From NCBI GenBank assembly GCA_041158765.1, contig JBEBAU010000018.1, positions 2,557 to 66,556 of the forward strand: DNA of 64,000 nucleotides. Direction: 5' to 3'. Numbering within the stretch: the first letter of the stretch is position 1; each line of letters begins with the position of its first letter. Made by a program: the position numbers and the translations under genes. This DNA comes from Candidatus Parcubacteria bacterium. GTDB taxonomy: Bacteria; Patescibacteriota; Minisyncoccia; Phycocordibacterales; PALSA-1337. Below, piece by piece: positions 54,576 to 64,000 of this stretch. The notes beneath the pieces are model-generated. The model had not been told where the DNA came from. It was given only the letters and a program-made list of their open reading frames with translations, and ran no database searches.

Positions 54576-55637
54576 ATGGCTTTAACCCTTAAAGAAAAGA
54601 TATACGCATATCTTTCCAATGATATTGGAATTGATCTAGGAACAGCTAATACGCTGGTGTATTTGCGTGGTCACGGTATTGTCGTGAACGAGCCTTCTGT
54701 CGTTGCTATTAATCAAAAAACCGGTCGTGTTGTTGCTGTAGGAAATGCAGCAAAGGATATGCTCGGTCGAACACCCGCGCACATTGTTGCAGTGCGTCCA
54801 CTTGTTGATGGAGTTATTTCAGATTTCGAAGTAACTGAAGAAATGATTGCATATCTTGTGAAGAAAGCTGAGGAGTATTCAAAAAAGATGCTCGGTCCTC
54901 GTGTTGTTGTTGGAGTTCCTTCTGGAGTTACTAACGTCGAGATTCGTGCAGTGCGTGATGCTACTCGTAATGCAGGAGCACGAGAGGTCTATATCGTTGA
55001 AGAGCCTATGGCAGGTGCTATTGGTATCCGTCTCCCAATTCACGATCCAATTGGTAGCATGATTATTGATATTGGTGGAGGTACGACTGATATTGCAGTG
55101 ATTTCGCTCGGAGGTATTGTTCGATCAAAAAACCTCAAGATTGCAGGAGATAAACTTAATAATGACATCATTTCATATATTCGAAATGAATTCAAAATTC
55201 TCATTGGTGAAAAAACAGCCGAATATATCAAGATGACTGTCGGCACTGTTATTGCGGGTGAACCAATGGAAACAACCATTCGTGGTCGAGACCTCATTAC
55301 TGGTTTGCCTCGAGAGGTGGTTATTACTGATTCTGATATTCGTGAAGCAATGGCGCAATCAATTGATATTCTTGTTGATGCAACAAAAGAAGTGCTTGAA
55401 ACAACACCACCTGAAATTCTTGCCGACATTATGCGCATTGGTATTTATCTTGTTGGTGGAGGAGCACTGATAAAAGGCCTTGATCGTCTTATTTCGGATA
55501 CCATAAAAATTCCTGTGCACATCTCTGAAGATCCACTTACTGCAATAGCTCGTGGAACCGGAATTATTCTCGAAGACCTTGATGTATACGAGGATGTTCT
55601 CATCCAAAACGAAGATGAATTACCAGCTCAAAAATAG
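54576..55637 (+). CDS. mreB: Rod shape-determining protein MreB
   Basis: Actin-like: DIGIDLGTANTLVY, DIGGGTTDIAVISLGG, GIYLVGGGALIKGLD. Confidence 0.9.
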   Translation: MALTLKEKIYAYLSNDIGIDLGTANTLVYLRGHGIVVNEPSVVAINQKTGRVVAVGNAAKDMLGRTPAHIVAVRPLVDGVISDFEVTEEMIAYLVKKAEEYSKKMLGPRVVVGVPSGVTNVEIRAVRDATRNAGAREVYIVEEPMAGAIGIRLPIHDPIGSMIIDIGGGTTDIAVISLGGIVRSKNLKIAGDKLNNDIISYIRNEFKILIGEKTAEYIKMTVGTVIAGEPMETTIRGRDLITGLPREVVITDSDIREAMAQSIDILVDATKEVLETTPPEILADIMRIGIYLVGGGALIKGLDRLISDTIKIPVHISEDPLTAIARGTGIILEDLDVYEDVLIQNEDELPAQK

Positions 55638-55647
55638 TGGTAGGGGA

Positions 55648-56430
55648 ATGGGCGGCGGCGCGCGAAGCGCTGCACGCCGCCGCAACAGTTCGCTCGCTTT
55701 TGTAATCGGGTTAATTGTTACGGTTGTGCTCGTTATCATGTTGATATTTGCTCCAGCGCGTCTCGCAAGCCTCCTTACTCCAATTACATGGCCATTTCGT
55801 GCTACTGTATCTGGTCTTGATACACTTTTTTCAACACGAACAGGCCTCATGAAAGAGAATGACATGCTTTCACAAAGACTCGAAGCACTTATTTCAGCAG
55901 AAGCACAAATCTCTGAACTTACTCAAGAAAATACCGAACTCAAAGAATTACTCGGACGTACTGTCGTAAAGAATCCGATACTCGCAACAATTATACGTAA
56001 TTCACAGGGGACACCGTACGACACAATGATCGTTGATGTTGGAACAGAACAGGGAATTACTGTTGGTTCGCTTGTGTATGCTCTCGGTAGTGTTCCAATT
56101 GGAAAAGTGATTGAAGTCCATGATACGTTTTCAAAAGTCTCACTTTTTTCATATGCAGGTCAAAAATTCGATGTAATTCTCGGTAAAAAGAATATTACTG
56201 CAACAGCAACTGCTCGCGGGGGAAGTACATTTGAAATTACGCTACCTCGAGATACTGAAATCGTTGAAGGAGATCCGGTAAGTATTCCAAGCATTATTCC
56301 GGGTGTATTCGGCACTGTCGCTTCGATCATCCTTTCACCCTCACAAGCCTTTTCTACAATAGTATTTACTATGCCAGTAAACATACGTGAACTTCGTTGG
56401 GTTGAAATTGAACCAAATGCCTTTCAATAA
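55648..56430 (+). CDS. mreC: Rod shape-determining protein MreC
   Basis: N-terminal TM, coiled coil (LSQRLEALISAEAQISELTQENTELKEL), beta-rich C-terminal domain; directly follows mreB. Confidence 0.75.
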   Translation: MGGGARSAARRRNSSLAFVIGLIVTVVLVIMLIFAPARLASLLTPITWPFRATVSGLDTLFSTRTGLMKENDMLSQRLEALISAEAQISELTQENTELKELLGRTVVKNPILATIIRNSQGTPYDTMIVDVGTEQGITVGSLVYALGSVPIGKVIEVHDTFSKVSLFSYAGQKFDVILGKKNITATATARGGSTFEITLPRDTEIVEGDPVSIPSIIPGVFGTVASIILSPSQAFSTIVFTMPVNIRELRWVEIEPNAFQ

Positions 56431-56698
56431 AAATCAGTACATTCGAATTATTTCTGACATTGCGCTCTGTGCGTGCATTGTATTTGGCCCGTGGTGGCTT
56501 ATGGTAATCGGTCTTATTGTTGCAACAGTATATTTTGAAAATTATTTTGAAATAATACTATTTGGTGTACTTATTGATGCGCTCTACGGTACCGGTGCAT
56601 CTAGCATATTCCATGTACCTATTGCATATACCGTATTTGCGATAACTATGTTTCTACTTTCAATACCACTTCGAAAACGCATTCGTGCTACTATATAA
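56417..56698 (+). CDS. mreD: Probable rod shape-determining protein MreD (small polytopic membrane protein)
   Basis: About 94-aa all-hydrophobic protein immediately after mreC and before PBP2; assigned by position and topology. Confidence 0.45.
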   Translation: MPFNKNQYIRIISDIALCACIVFGPWWLMVIGLIVATVYFENYFEIILFGVLIDALYGTGASSIFHVPIAYTVFAITMFLLSIPLRKRIRATI

Positions 56699-56714
56699 AC
56701 CCTAGAATAGGTTT

Positions 56715-58409
56715 ATGATACGTAAATTAAAGAGATTATTTCAAGGAAAAAAGCGCATACATCATGAGATAGATCCTGATGAGATTTTTCTTGATTCTCA
56801 TAATATTCCACATTTTGACACTGATCAATTTGAGGGAAGAATCGATAAACCGATATCACAAACAACACTCTTCGTAACACTCGGCTTTTTCATATTAATT
56901 ATGGTGGTGTATCTTGGACGAGCTTGGAATCTGCAGATTACTCAAGGTGAGGTTTATAATAAAAAAAGCGAAAATAACCGTCTTCGCCATACACCGATTT
57001 TTGCTGCGCGTGGAGTTATTTATGATCGTAATGCAGATGAACTCGCATGGAATGAACCATCTGATGACCCAGATGTTTCTCATCGGAAATACGCTGATAT
57101 GCCAGGCCTCGCTCATGTGCTTGGATATGTTCAGTATCCAACGAAGGATAGTGCCGGCTTCTATTATCGAGAAGATTTCGAAGGTATTGATGGTATTGAA
57201 AAATACTTCAACACTGATTTGCGGGGTAAAAATGGCTTGAAGCTTATTGAAGAAGATGCTCGTGGCAAAGTCCAATCTCAAAATACGATTCAACCTCCAA
57301 AAGAAGGAAATAATGTGACGCTTTCAATAGATGCACGAGTGCAAAGTGAATTGCACACTGCTATTGCTGATGTTGCTCGTAATGTGGGCTTCGCTGGAGG
57401 TGCTGGCGTTATTATGGATGTTCATACAGGTGAAATTATTGCATATACAAGTTATCCGGAATTTAGTTCTGAGGTCATGTCTTCAAAGACTGATAAGGCT
57501 CTTGTGAAGCGATATCTTACTGATACAAACCGTCCGCTCTTCGATCGAGTGATTGATGGTCTCTATACTCCTGGATCAATTGTGAAGCCGTACGTAGCAC
57601 TCGGCGCTCTTCATGAAAAAATCATTGATCCAACGACTAATATCGTTGGCACAGCATATATTGCAATCCAAAATCAATACGATCCAACACAACAAACACT
57701 GTTCCGAGATTGGAAAGTACATGGACTTGTAGATATGCGCAAAGCACTCGCTGTATCATCTGACGTATACTTCTATGAAGTTGGAGGAGGGTATAAGGAT
57801 CAAAAAGGCCTCGGTATTACTAAGCTCGATCAGTATTTCAGTCTTTTTGGTTTTGGTGATCATATTGACGACTCATTTTTCACTGGAAGTGCAGGGGTAA
57901 TTCCAACTCCGGCATGGAAAGCGTCGCGTTTCAATGGTGAATCATGGAGACTTGGAGATACCTATCACACTGCAATTGGACAATATTCATTCCAAGTGAC
58001 GGCAATACAAGTTGTACGTGCAGTCGCAGCTCTAGCAAATGGTGGATCATTGATAAACCCAACAATACTGAAAGACACTCAGGGAAGTTTGGTTCGAAAG
58101 ATAGAGATTGCTCCTGCGGATTTCCAAGTTGTTCGTGAGGGTATGCGCAAGGGTGTACTTGATGGTACCGGTACATCACTTAATGTGCCATATGTGCAGG
58201 TTGCTTCAAAGTCTGGTACCGCAGAGCTTGGAGTCACTAAGGAGAATGTGAATTCATGGATGACGGGATTTTTTCCATATGAAAATCCTCGATATGCATT
58301 TGCAGTAGTTATGGAGCGAGGTTCTCGTCATAATTTGATTGGAGCTGGAGCAGTTATGCGAGAAACGCTTGATTGGATGAATGTGCATACACCTGAGTAT
58401 TTCAAATAG
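56715..58409 (+). CDS. mrdA: Penicillin-binding protein 2 (class B transpeptidase)
   Basis: N-terminal TM plus dimerisation domain; transpeptidase motifs SIVK (SxxK), SSD (SxN variant), KSGT (KTG variant); follows mreBCD. Confidence 0.8.
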   Translation: MIRKLKRLFQGKKRIHHEIDPDEIFLDSHNIPHFDTDQFEGRIDKPISQTTLFVTLGFFILIMVVYLGRAWNLQITQGEVYNKKSENNRLRHTPIFAARGVIYDRNADELAWNEPSDDPDVSHRKYADMPGLAHVLGYVQYPTKDSAGFYYREDFEGIDGIEKYFNTDLRGKNGLKLIEEDARGKVQSQNTIQPPKEGNNVTLSIDARVQSELHTAIADVARNVGFAGGAGVIMDVHTGEIIAYTSYPEFSSEVMSSKTDKALVKRYLTDTNRPLFDRVIDGLYTPGSIVKPYVALGALHEKIIDPTTNIVGTAYIAIQNQYDPTQQTLFRDWKVHGLVDMRKALAVSSDVYFYEVGGGYKDQKGLGITKLDQYFSLFGFGDHIDDSFFTGSAGVIPTPAWKASRFNGESWRLGDTYHTAIGQYSFQVTAIQVVRAVAALANGGSLINPTILKDTQGSLVRKIEIAPADFQVVREGMRKGVLDGTGTSLNVPYVQVASKSGTAELGVTKENVNSWMTGFFPYENPRYAFAVVMERGSRHNLIGAGAVMRETLDWMNVHTPEYFK

Positions 58410-58500
58410 TATAAGCTACACGAAGGTTGATTGCTCCAAAGGCTATTTTGTGCTATGATAGTGACACATTACTTTAACCGATTTTTTCTATATTTTTTCT

Positions 58501-58968
58501 ATGAACGACGAAAAACAGTACCTTACGAAAGAGAAATTTCAGGAATTTACAAAAGAACTCGAGCAACTCCGAACAGTGAAGCGTAAAGAAGTTGCAGAGC
58601 ATCTCGAATACGCTAAGAAGCTTGGAGATCTATCCGAAAATGCCGAATACCAAGAAGCTCGTGAAGAGCAGGCAGAAGTCGAAGATCGCATTAGCCACCT
58701 TGAACAGGTTTTGAAGCAGGCTGTTATTCTTGATAATCAGCGTGGTGACGTTGTTTCAATTGGTGCAACTGTTACTATCCAGAAGACTGGCGAATCAGAG
58801 AAGAAGACATATAAGATTGTCGGTTCAGAAGAAGCAGATATGGCGCAAGGCAAGGTTTCAAATCAATCTCCACTCGGCGTCGCACTCCTCGGCAAAAAGA
58901 AGGGTGATGCATTCTCATTCAAGACTCCAAAAGGCGTAGTTACCTATACACTTATTACTATTGAATAA
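58501..58968 (+). CDS. greA: Transcription elongation factor GreA
   Basis: N-terminal coiled coil with acidic tip (GDLSENAEYQEAREEQ) and a C-terminal FKBP-like domain. Confidence 0.85.
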   Translation: MNDEKQYLTKEKFQEFTKELEQLRTVKRKEVAEHLEYAKKLGDLSENAEYQEAREEQAEVEDRISHLEQVLKQAVILDNQRGDVVSIGATVTIQKTGESEKKTYKIVGSEEADMAQGKVSNQSPLGVALLGKKKGDAFSFKTPKGVVTYTLITIE

Positions 58969-60459
58969 ATGGAAGAGCTCCGTTCAATTCGCATAGCAAA
59001 ACTAGAACTGCTCAAAAAAGCAGGTATGGATCCGTATCCAGCAAAGGTTCCAAGAGATTTTTGTTTGAAAGATGCAAAAGCAGATTTTGCTCAATATGAA
59101 GAAGGGGGCAAAGGTGCTCATGCTGGCAAAAAAGTCTCACTCGTTGGTCGCATCATGGCAATTCGCGGACAAGGAGCGATTATGTTCGTGGTACTTGATG
59201 ATGGTAAGGGTAAGTTTCAGGCGGTTTTCAAAAAAGACGCTTTCGAAGCTGCGGGAACTTCAGCACTCTTCGAATTATTTACTACGGGTATTGATATTGG
59301 TGATTTTATTTCAGTAACAGGAACTTTTTTCACAACACAACGAGGTGAACAGAGTATTCTTGTGACGAGCTGGACAATTGCATCAAAAGCTCTGCTTCCA
59401 TTGCCAGAAAAGTGGCACGGTATTCAAGATGCGGATGAACGATATCGTAAGCGTTATCTTGATTTCGTAATGAATCCAGAGTTGCGAGACATGATTATAA
59501 AAAAGGCCAAGTTCTGGTCTATTACTCGACGAATTCTCGGAGAACATGGTTTTCTCGAAGTTGAAACCCCAACACTCGAAGTAACCACAGGTGGGGCAGA
59601 AGCAACACCATTCAAAACACATCACAATGATTATGATTTGCCTGTCTATCTTCGTATTTCAGTTGGAGAATTGTGGCAGAAGCGTTTGATGGCTGGAGGA
59701 TTTCAAAAAACATTTGAAATTGGTCGCGTCTATCGCAATGAAGGTTCAAGCCCAGATCATCTACAGGAATTTACGAATATGGAATTTTATTGGGCATATG
59801 CTGATTACAAAGACGGCATGAAGCTTGTCGTTGAACTTTATCGAGCACTTGCGGAAGAGGTCTTCGGTACTACGAAGTTTACTACACGAGGACATACATT
59901 CGATCTTGCAGATGAATGGGTTACTGTTGATTATGTTGCTGAAATTACCAAGCAGACTGGTATTGATGTCACTGTTGCAACCGAGAAGGAGATGAAAAAG
60001 AAGCTTGATGAACTCAATGTGAAATACGATGGTGATAATAAAGAGCGACTTACTGATACACTCTGGAAATATTGCCGCAAAAACATCGCTGGTCCTGCAT
60101 TCCTCGTGAATCATCCACTCATCGTTGCGCCACTTGCAAAACCAGTTAATGAAGGAGATGGCAAGCCACCTCGAACGGTACAAATGTTCCAGCCACTTAT
60201 CGCAGGAAGCGAAGTTGGTCGAGGATATTCAGAACTTAATGATCCGATTGATCAACAGCAGCGTTTTGATGCGCAGGCAAAACTCATTGCAGCGGGGGAT
60301 ACAGAAGCAATGATGCCAGATCATGAATTCGTCGAGATGCTCGAACATGGAATGCCACCGACATGCGGTTTTGGTTTTGGAGAGCGACTCTTCGCTATTC
60401 TTGCAGAAAAGCCTATTCGAGAGACACAAGCGTTCCCACTCATGCGCCCAAAGGCGTAA
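58969..60459 (+). CDS. lysS: Lysyl-tRNA synthetase (class II)
   Basis: N-terminal OB anticodon-binding domain plus class II core (FLEVETPTL, YRNEGSSPDHLQEFTNMEFYWAY, GFGFGERLF). Confidence 0.9.
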   Translation: MEELRSIRIAKLELLKKAGMDPYPAKVPRDFCLKDAKADFAQYEEGGKGAHAGKKVSLVGRIMAIRGQGAIMFVVLDDGKGKFQAVFKKDAFEAAGTSALFELFTTGIDIGDFISVTGTFFTTQRGEQSILVTSWTIASKALLPLPEKWHGIQDADERYRKRYLDFVMNPELRDMIIKKAKFWSITRRILGEHGFLEVETPTLEVTTGGAEATPFKTHHNDYDLPVYLRISVGELWQKRLMAGGFQKTFEIGRVYRNEGSSPDHLQEFTNMEFYWAYADYKDGMKLVVELYRALAEEVFGTTKFTTRGHTFDLADEWVTVDYVAEITKQTGIDVTVATEKEMKKKLDELNVKYDGDNKERLTDTLWKYCRKNIAGPAFLVNHPLIVAPLAKPVNEGDGKPPRTVQMFQPLIAGSEVGRGYSELNDPIDQQQRFDAQAKLIAAGDTEAMMPDHEFVEMLEHGMPPTCGFGFGERLFAILAEKPIRETQAFPLMRPKA

Positions 60460-60630
60460 TCTATTAGGTCAGCAAACGGCATTATATACAGAGAAGTCCA
60501 TAATACAGGGCTTATTGCCTATTTTGTTGACTTTTTATTGAAAATATGTTAGTTTAATTGCATGGCTTTTCATGCAAAAAGGCTGAAAAAGTGAGTAATT
60601 TCAAGCTGAAATTGACTCAAAATCGACAAT

Positions 60631-60650
60631 CAAACCAAACCAAACCAAAC
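60631..60650 (+). repeat. Pentanucleotide tandem repeat (CAAAC)x4 in the 5' UTR of the oxidoreductase gene
   Basis: Seen in sequence: caaaccaaaccaaaccaaac, 18 nt upstream of ATG 60669. Confidence 0.8.
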
Positions 60651-60668
60651 TGAACGAAAGACAAAAGA

Positions 60669-61874
60669 ATGAAAAAAATCCGAATCGCACTCATTGGGTG
60701 CGCCGGCCACTTTGGCCGTATCTGGCTCCGCAACCTCTTCACTCTGCAGGGTTACCTGGGCTGCGAGCTGGTTGTCTGCTGTGACGGCAACGTTGCAGCA
60801 TTCGATGAACTCCGTGGAATGTATCCCAGCGTGAAGTTCATGTCGTCTGAACAGTATGATCTCGTGCTTGGCATGTGTGATGCTGTTGTGATTGCGACGC
60901 CTCCGGCGACGCATTTCAAACTTGCAATGAAAGCATTGCAAGCACACAAAGACGTGCTGGTTGAAAAACCACTTGCTTATAGCCCGTCTGAGTGCGAACT
61001 CCTCACGGAATTTGCTGAGAAGCAAGGTTGCATTGTGATGTCCGGTCTGACGTATCTGTATTCTGCAGCATTTCATGCTATCAAGAATATTATTGATACG
61101 AATCAAATAGGCAAAGTCATCCATATTGATTCTCGGCGTGAAAGCTTCGGCCGATACAGTGGTGATAACCATGTCACGCAAGACCTGGGACCTCATGATC
61201 TTTCCATGATTCTCGCGGTTATGGGGGAAATGCCACTTGCGGTCAGCTGCACTGGTCATCAGGACCAGCTTACGGGTCACTACGTTCGCACGAACACGCA
61301 CCTCACCTTCAGTGGCGGTCGAAGTGCGAGCATTATCAGTAGCTGGATTTCAGCCAACATTAAGGTTCGCAAAACCGAGTTCTTTGGAGAAATTGGTGTT
61401 ACGACGTTTGATGATTCACGTGCCAACAACAACGGCAAAGTTGTGTTGCATTCTGGGTTGCGTGTGACGAAAGCGTCACCGAATACTGCACCAGGTGGAC
61501 ATCCCTTCGTGTATCACGCCGGTGCGGCTGAGAAGATGATCGAAGTGGCGGGCGGAGAAAATATTACGAACGAAGCGCGTCACTTTGTCGATTGTATTAA
61601 ACATCGGGAAGTCCCGATATCGGCAGGGGAAGCTGGTGTTGATGTGGCACACATTTTGTTTGCCGCAGAACAATCGCTCGAAATGCATAAGACAATTGGT
61701 CTGCCTCCCGGTATCGCTGGTCGGCACATTGATACGCGTCACCGGAAGCTCGGTCAGCGAACTTCTGCACCTGTGCCTACGTCGCCGGCAGCAGTGCCTG
61801 CCGTGGGACACATTGCAGTCACCAGCAGCGGTGAGCACGACGTGCTCAATGTTCCGGTGAAGGTGCTTCGTTAA
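60669..61874 (+). CDS. Gfo/Idh/MocA-family NAD(P)-dependent oxidoreductase with a Pro/Ala-rich C-terminal tail; GC-rich (about 55%), probably horizontally acquired
   Basis: Rossmann IALIGCAGHFG and EKP motif (VLVEKPLAYS); GC and codon usage clearly differ from neighbours; long antisense ORFs on the minus strand are GC artefacts. Confidence 0.7.
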   Translation: MKKIRIALIGCAGHFGRIWLRNLFTLQGYLGCELVVCCDGNVAAFDELRGMYPSVKFMSSEQYDLVLGMCDAVVIATPPATHFKLAMKALQAHKDVLVEKPLAYSPSECELLTEFAEKQGCIVMSGLTYLYSAAFHAIKNIIDTNQIGKVIHIDSRRESFGRYSGDNHVTQDLGPHDLSMILAVMGEMPLAVSCTGHQDQLTGHYVRTNTHLTFSGGRSASIISSWISANIKVRKTEFFGEIGVTTFDDSRANNNGKVVLHSGLRVTKASPNTAPGGHPFVYHAGAAEKMIEVAGGENITNEARHFVDCIKHREVPISAGEAGVDVAHILFAAEQSLEMHKTIGLPPGIAGRHIDTRHRKLGQRTSAPVPTSPAAVPAVGHIAVTSSGEHDVLNVPVKVLR

Positions 61875-61896
61875 TTGGTGATGGTTGTTGTTACAC

Positions 61897-61945
61897 ATCG
61901 CATAGGGCTCAATAGAGCCGTGTGCGATTTTTATTTTGTTGTAAT
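61897..61945 (+). terminator. Terminator hairpin (tcgca...ggctc aata gagcc...tgcga + ttttatttt) containing the inverted copy of the 16-nt motif seen after gyrB
   Basis: Seen in sequence. Confidence 0.5.
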
Positions 61946-62000
61946 TTTCACTCTCAATTTTTCAGATATTTATCCACAGATTTGGTGGGATTTTTTATTG

Positions 62001-62051
62001 TGAAGTGGTATGGAGTGGTATATAATACTAGCTAAGTGGGAAGAAGTGGTA
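62001..62051 (+). promoter_or_regulatory. Putative MraZ operator/promoter: four direct repeats rAAGTGGkA (62003, 62013, 62034, 62044) flanking a TATAAT box (62021-62026)
   Basis: Seen in sequence; 10-bp spacing within each pair; resembles the AAAGTG[G/T] MraZ boxes described upstream of mraZ in other bacteria. Confidence 0.35.
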
Positions 62052-62077
62052 AACACAAAAACTTCTCACGAAAACAT

Positions 62078-62515
62078 ATGCTTATCGGTGAATATATTCA
62101 CACCATTGATGACAAGAATCGCCTTTCACTTCCAGCGAAGTTTCGCCAGGAAATGGGGAAGAAGGTTGTTGTGACGCCGGGACTTGATACATGTCTCTTC
62201 GTCTTCACATTGAAGGAATGGGAAAAATTTTCGAGTAAGCTTGCTGAGTCATCAATGCTCCAAGCTGACACCCGAAGTTTCAATCGATATATTCTCGGAG
62301 GAGCTGTTGAAGCAGAAGTAGATTCGATCGGACGAATTCTCGTCCCAGATTTTCTACGAGTACGTGCTGGATTGTCGACAACAAAGGTCGCTGTCATTGG
62401 CGTACAGAGTAGAGTGGAAATTTGGAACGAGAAGTCGTGGATTGAATACAAGAAAGTTGTTGAAAAGCAGGCGGATACGCTTGCCGAAAAACTGGGTCAG
62501 GTTGGAATACTCTAG
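62078..62515 (+). CDS. mraZ: Transcriptional regulator MraZ
   Basis: Duplicated MraZ domain with two DxxxR motifs (TIDDKNRLSLP; VDSIGRILVP); start at MLIGEYIH. Confidence 0.85.
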   Translation: MLIGEYIHTIDDKNRLSLPAKFRQEMGKKVVVTPGLDTCLFVFTLKEWEKFSSKLAESSMLQADTRSFNRYILGGAVEAEVDSIGRILVPDFLRVRAGLSTTKVAVIGVQSRVEIWNEKSWIEYKKVVEKQADTLAEKLGQVGIL

Positions 62516-62538
62516 GGGTAGGGCTCCAATCCTAACAC

Positions 62539-63501
62539 TTGTATATGACCACACGATTTCTCCACAAGACAGTACTTTTACACGAGTCTATCAACGGACT
62601 CAATATCCAACCGGGAGATATATATCTCGACGGAACATTGGGTAGCGGTGGCCATGCACTACAAGCTGTGAAAACAGCTGGCAAGGTCACGGTAATCGGC
62701 CTCGACCAAGATCAGGATGCACTTGCTCGAGCAGGAGAGCGACTTGGACTTCCAAAAGAAGCCACAACGCTCACTCATGCAACAGCGCATGGAGATGTAA
62801 CGATCATACTTCGTCAGGCCAATTATCGTGATCTGGACACAGTGCTTGGTAGTTTGAAGATTGCGCAGGTGAATCGCATCATGCTTGATCTCGGACTTTC
62901 ATCGGATCAATTCGAAACATCAAATCGTGGATTTAGTTTCAAAGATAATGAGCCATTGCTCATGACTTTCAACAAAAATCCCCACGGCACACTCGGCATG
63001 CTCACCGCAAAAGAAATTGTGAATGAGTGGGCAGAGGAAACCTTGGCAGATGTGATTTACGGATACGGCGAAGAGCGCTACGCACGACGAATTGCAAAGG
63101 CAATTGTCGAGGCTCGCGCAATTCACCCAATTCGTTCAACGCAAGAGCTCGTCGAGATCGTGAAGAAGGCGACACCGTTCACTTATCATCACGGCAAGAT
63201 TCATCCAGCAACACGGACATTTCAAGCGCTCCGTATTGCAGTGAATGATGAGCTCAATGCACTCAAGGACGGTCTCAAAAAAGGCTTTGAGCACCTAGCT
63301 CCGGGAGGCAGAATGGCAATTATTTCATTCCACAGTCTTGAAGACAGAATCGTAAAGCATTTTTATAAAGAAGTAGAGTTCTTGGGTGAAATCAGACAAG
63401 CACGAATCATTACAAAGAAGCCGATAACTCCAGGAGCAGAAGAATTAAAAGAGAATCCTCGTTCACGAAGCGCAAAACTTAGAATCATCGAAAAAATATA
63501 G
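62539..63501 (+). CDS. rsmH: 16S rRNA (cytosine1402-N4)-methyltransferase RsmH (MraW)
   Basis: SAM-binding DGTLGSGGHA; the C-terminal region matches RsmH; follows mraZ. Confidence 0.85.
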   Translation: MYMTTRFLHKTVLLHESINGLNIQPGDIYLDGTLGSGGHALQAVKTAGKVTVIGLDQDQDALARAGERLGLPKEATTLTHATAHGDVTIILRQANYRDLDTVLGSLKIAQVNRIMLDLGLSSDQFETSNRGFSFKDNEPLLMTFNKNPHGTLGMLTAKEIVNEWAEETLADVIYGYGEERYARRIAKAIVEARAIHPIRSTQELVEIVKKATPFTYHHGKIHPATRTFQALRIAVNDELNALKDGLKKGFEHLAPGGRMAIISFHSLEDRIVKHFYKEVEFLGEIRQARIITKKPITPGAEELKENPRSRSAKLRIIEKI

Positions 63502-63511
63502 CAACACAAAA

Positions 63512-63838
63512 ATGACACAAGCACTTACACAACAAGCACGACGAATCATGAATTACCGAGAAGCGATTTTCTTCATTCTCGTTGCATTTTTTGGAATGTC
63601 ACTTTGTTGGTATGTGTATTCAGTTCGAGCTGCTATTGTGAACGTAGTTGAGCGAGAATCAATCATAAAGGAGATTCAGAAGAAGAGCACTGCTGTTGCT
63701 GAGCTTGAATCAACGTATTTCAGCCTAAAAAATGCTGTGAATATTGAACTCGCACACAAGGATGGTTTCCGAGATACTCCAATCAGTATGTTTATTTCAA
63801 AAAAGACTCCTGCTACAGCACTTAGCTTCAACAAATGA
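63512..63838 (+). CDS. ftsL: Probable cell division protein FtsL (single TM plus coiled coil)
   Basis: 108-aa bitopic protein between rsmH and the PBP gene, as in dcw clusters. Confidence 0.5.
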   Translation: MTQALTQQARRIMNYREAIFFILVAFFGMSLCWYVYSVRAAIVNVVERESIIKEIQKKSTAVAELESTYFSLKNAVNIELAHKDGFRDTPISMFISKKTPATALSFNK

Positions 63839-64000
63839 AGTCTTTGGCAACAACTCGTATTAGAATTCTGCTCGGCATAGTCGCAGCTGTTGCGGGTGTA
63901 CTTATTCTGAAATTATATTCAGTGCAAATTGTGCACGGTGATGAGTATGCCAAAAAAGCAGATATGCAGTATGTGAAGCCGAATACGGTGCTTTTTGATC
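63835..64000 (+). CDS. ftsI: Penicillin-binding protein (FtsI-like), N-terminal fragment running off the window end
   Basis: MKSLATTRIRILLGIVAAVAGVLILKLYSVQIVHGDEYAKKA is a typical class B PBP N-terminus; the ATG overlaps the ftsL stop. Confidence 0.55.
   Translation, partial: MKSLATTRIRILLGIVAAVAGVLILKLYSVQIVHGDEYAKKADMQYVKPNTVLFD

Noticed and set aside
60630-61898. Long minus-strand ORFs (223 aa and 140 aa) overlapping the oxidoreductase gene
   Set aside because: They are antisense to a strongly supported GC-rich plus-strand gene. Their Arg/His/Cys-rich composition is typical of spurious frames in GC-rich DNA.

Overview
This 64 kb window is a low-GC, tightly packed, mostly plus-strand stretch that looks like a reduced-genome bacterium of the Candidate Phyla Radiation / Parcubacteria type. 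It has compact aminoacyl-tRNA synthetases (628-aa AlaRS without a C-Ala domain, short PheS/PheT, short ProRS), weak Shine-Dalgarno sequences, several apparently leaderless or extended -10 promoters, and many large secreted surface proteins. Most of it is housekeeping. There is a ribosomal cluster infA-rpmJ-rpsM-rpsK-rpsD-rpoA-rplQ-rplM-rpsI. The aaRS genes are alaS, hisS, pheS/pheT, proS and lysS. Other core genes include mnmA, truB, mltG, typA, gmk, rpmE, prfA, rpsB, tsf, gyrB, holB-like, frr, rseP, grpE, greA, a cell-shape block mreB-mreC-mreD-PBP2, and the start of the dcw cluster (mraZ-rsmH-ftsL-ftsI'). One tRNA-Thr(UGU) is present. I found no rRNA, CRISPR array or transposase. Accessory content includes an orphan PemK/MazF-like toxin and a HicB/HicA pair, an ATP-cone-Mrr nuclease fusion, a UvrD-helicase/Cas4-like nuclease fusion and a HelD-like helicase. 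There is a DsbA-like oxidoreductase beside a 1083-aa Cys-repeat surface protein, a triple-repeat surface protein driven by a near-consensus promoter, and several GC-rich (likely horizontally acquired) genes. The most unusual signal is a family of structured elements placed right after stop codons (after rpmE and after typA). Each has a long perfect terminal inverted repeat starting AAAAAGAAU and two internal hairpins whose stems covary while a UGCUG loop and a UGC bulge stay fixed. This looks like an undescribed structured 3'-UTR RNA motif rather than an ordinary terminator. All calls are from reading the sequence and ORF translations by eye; no searches were run.
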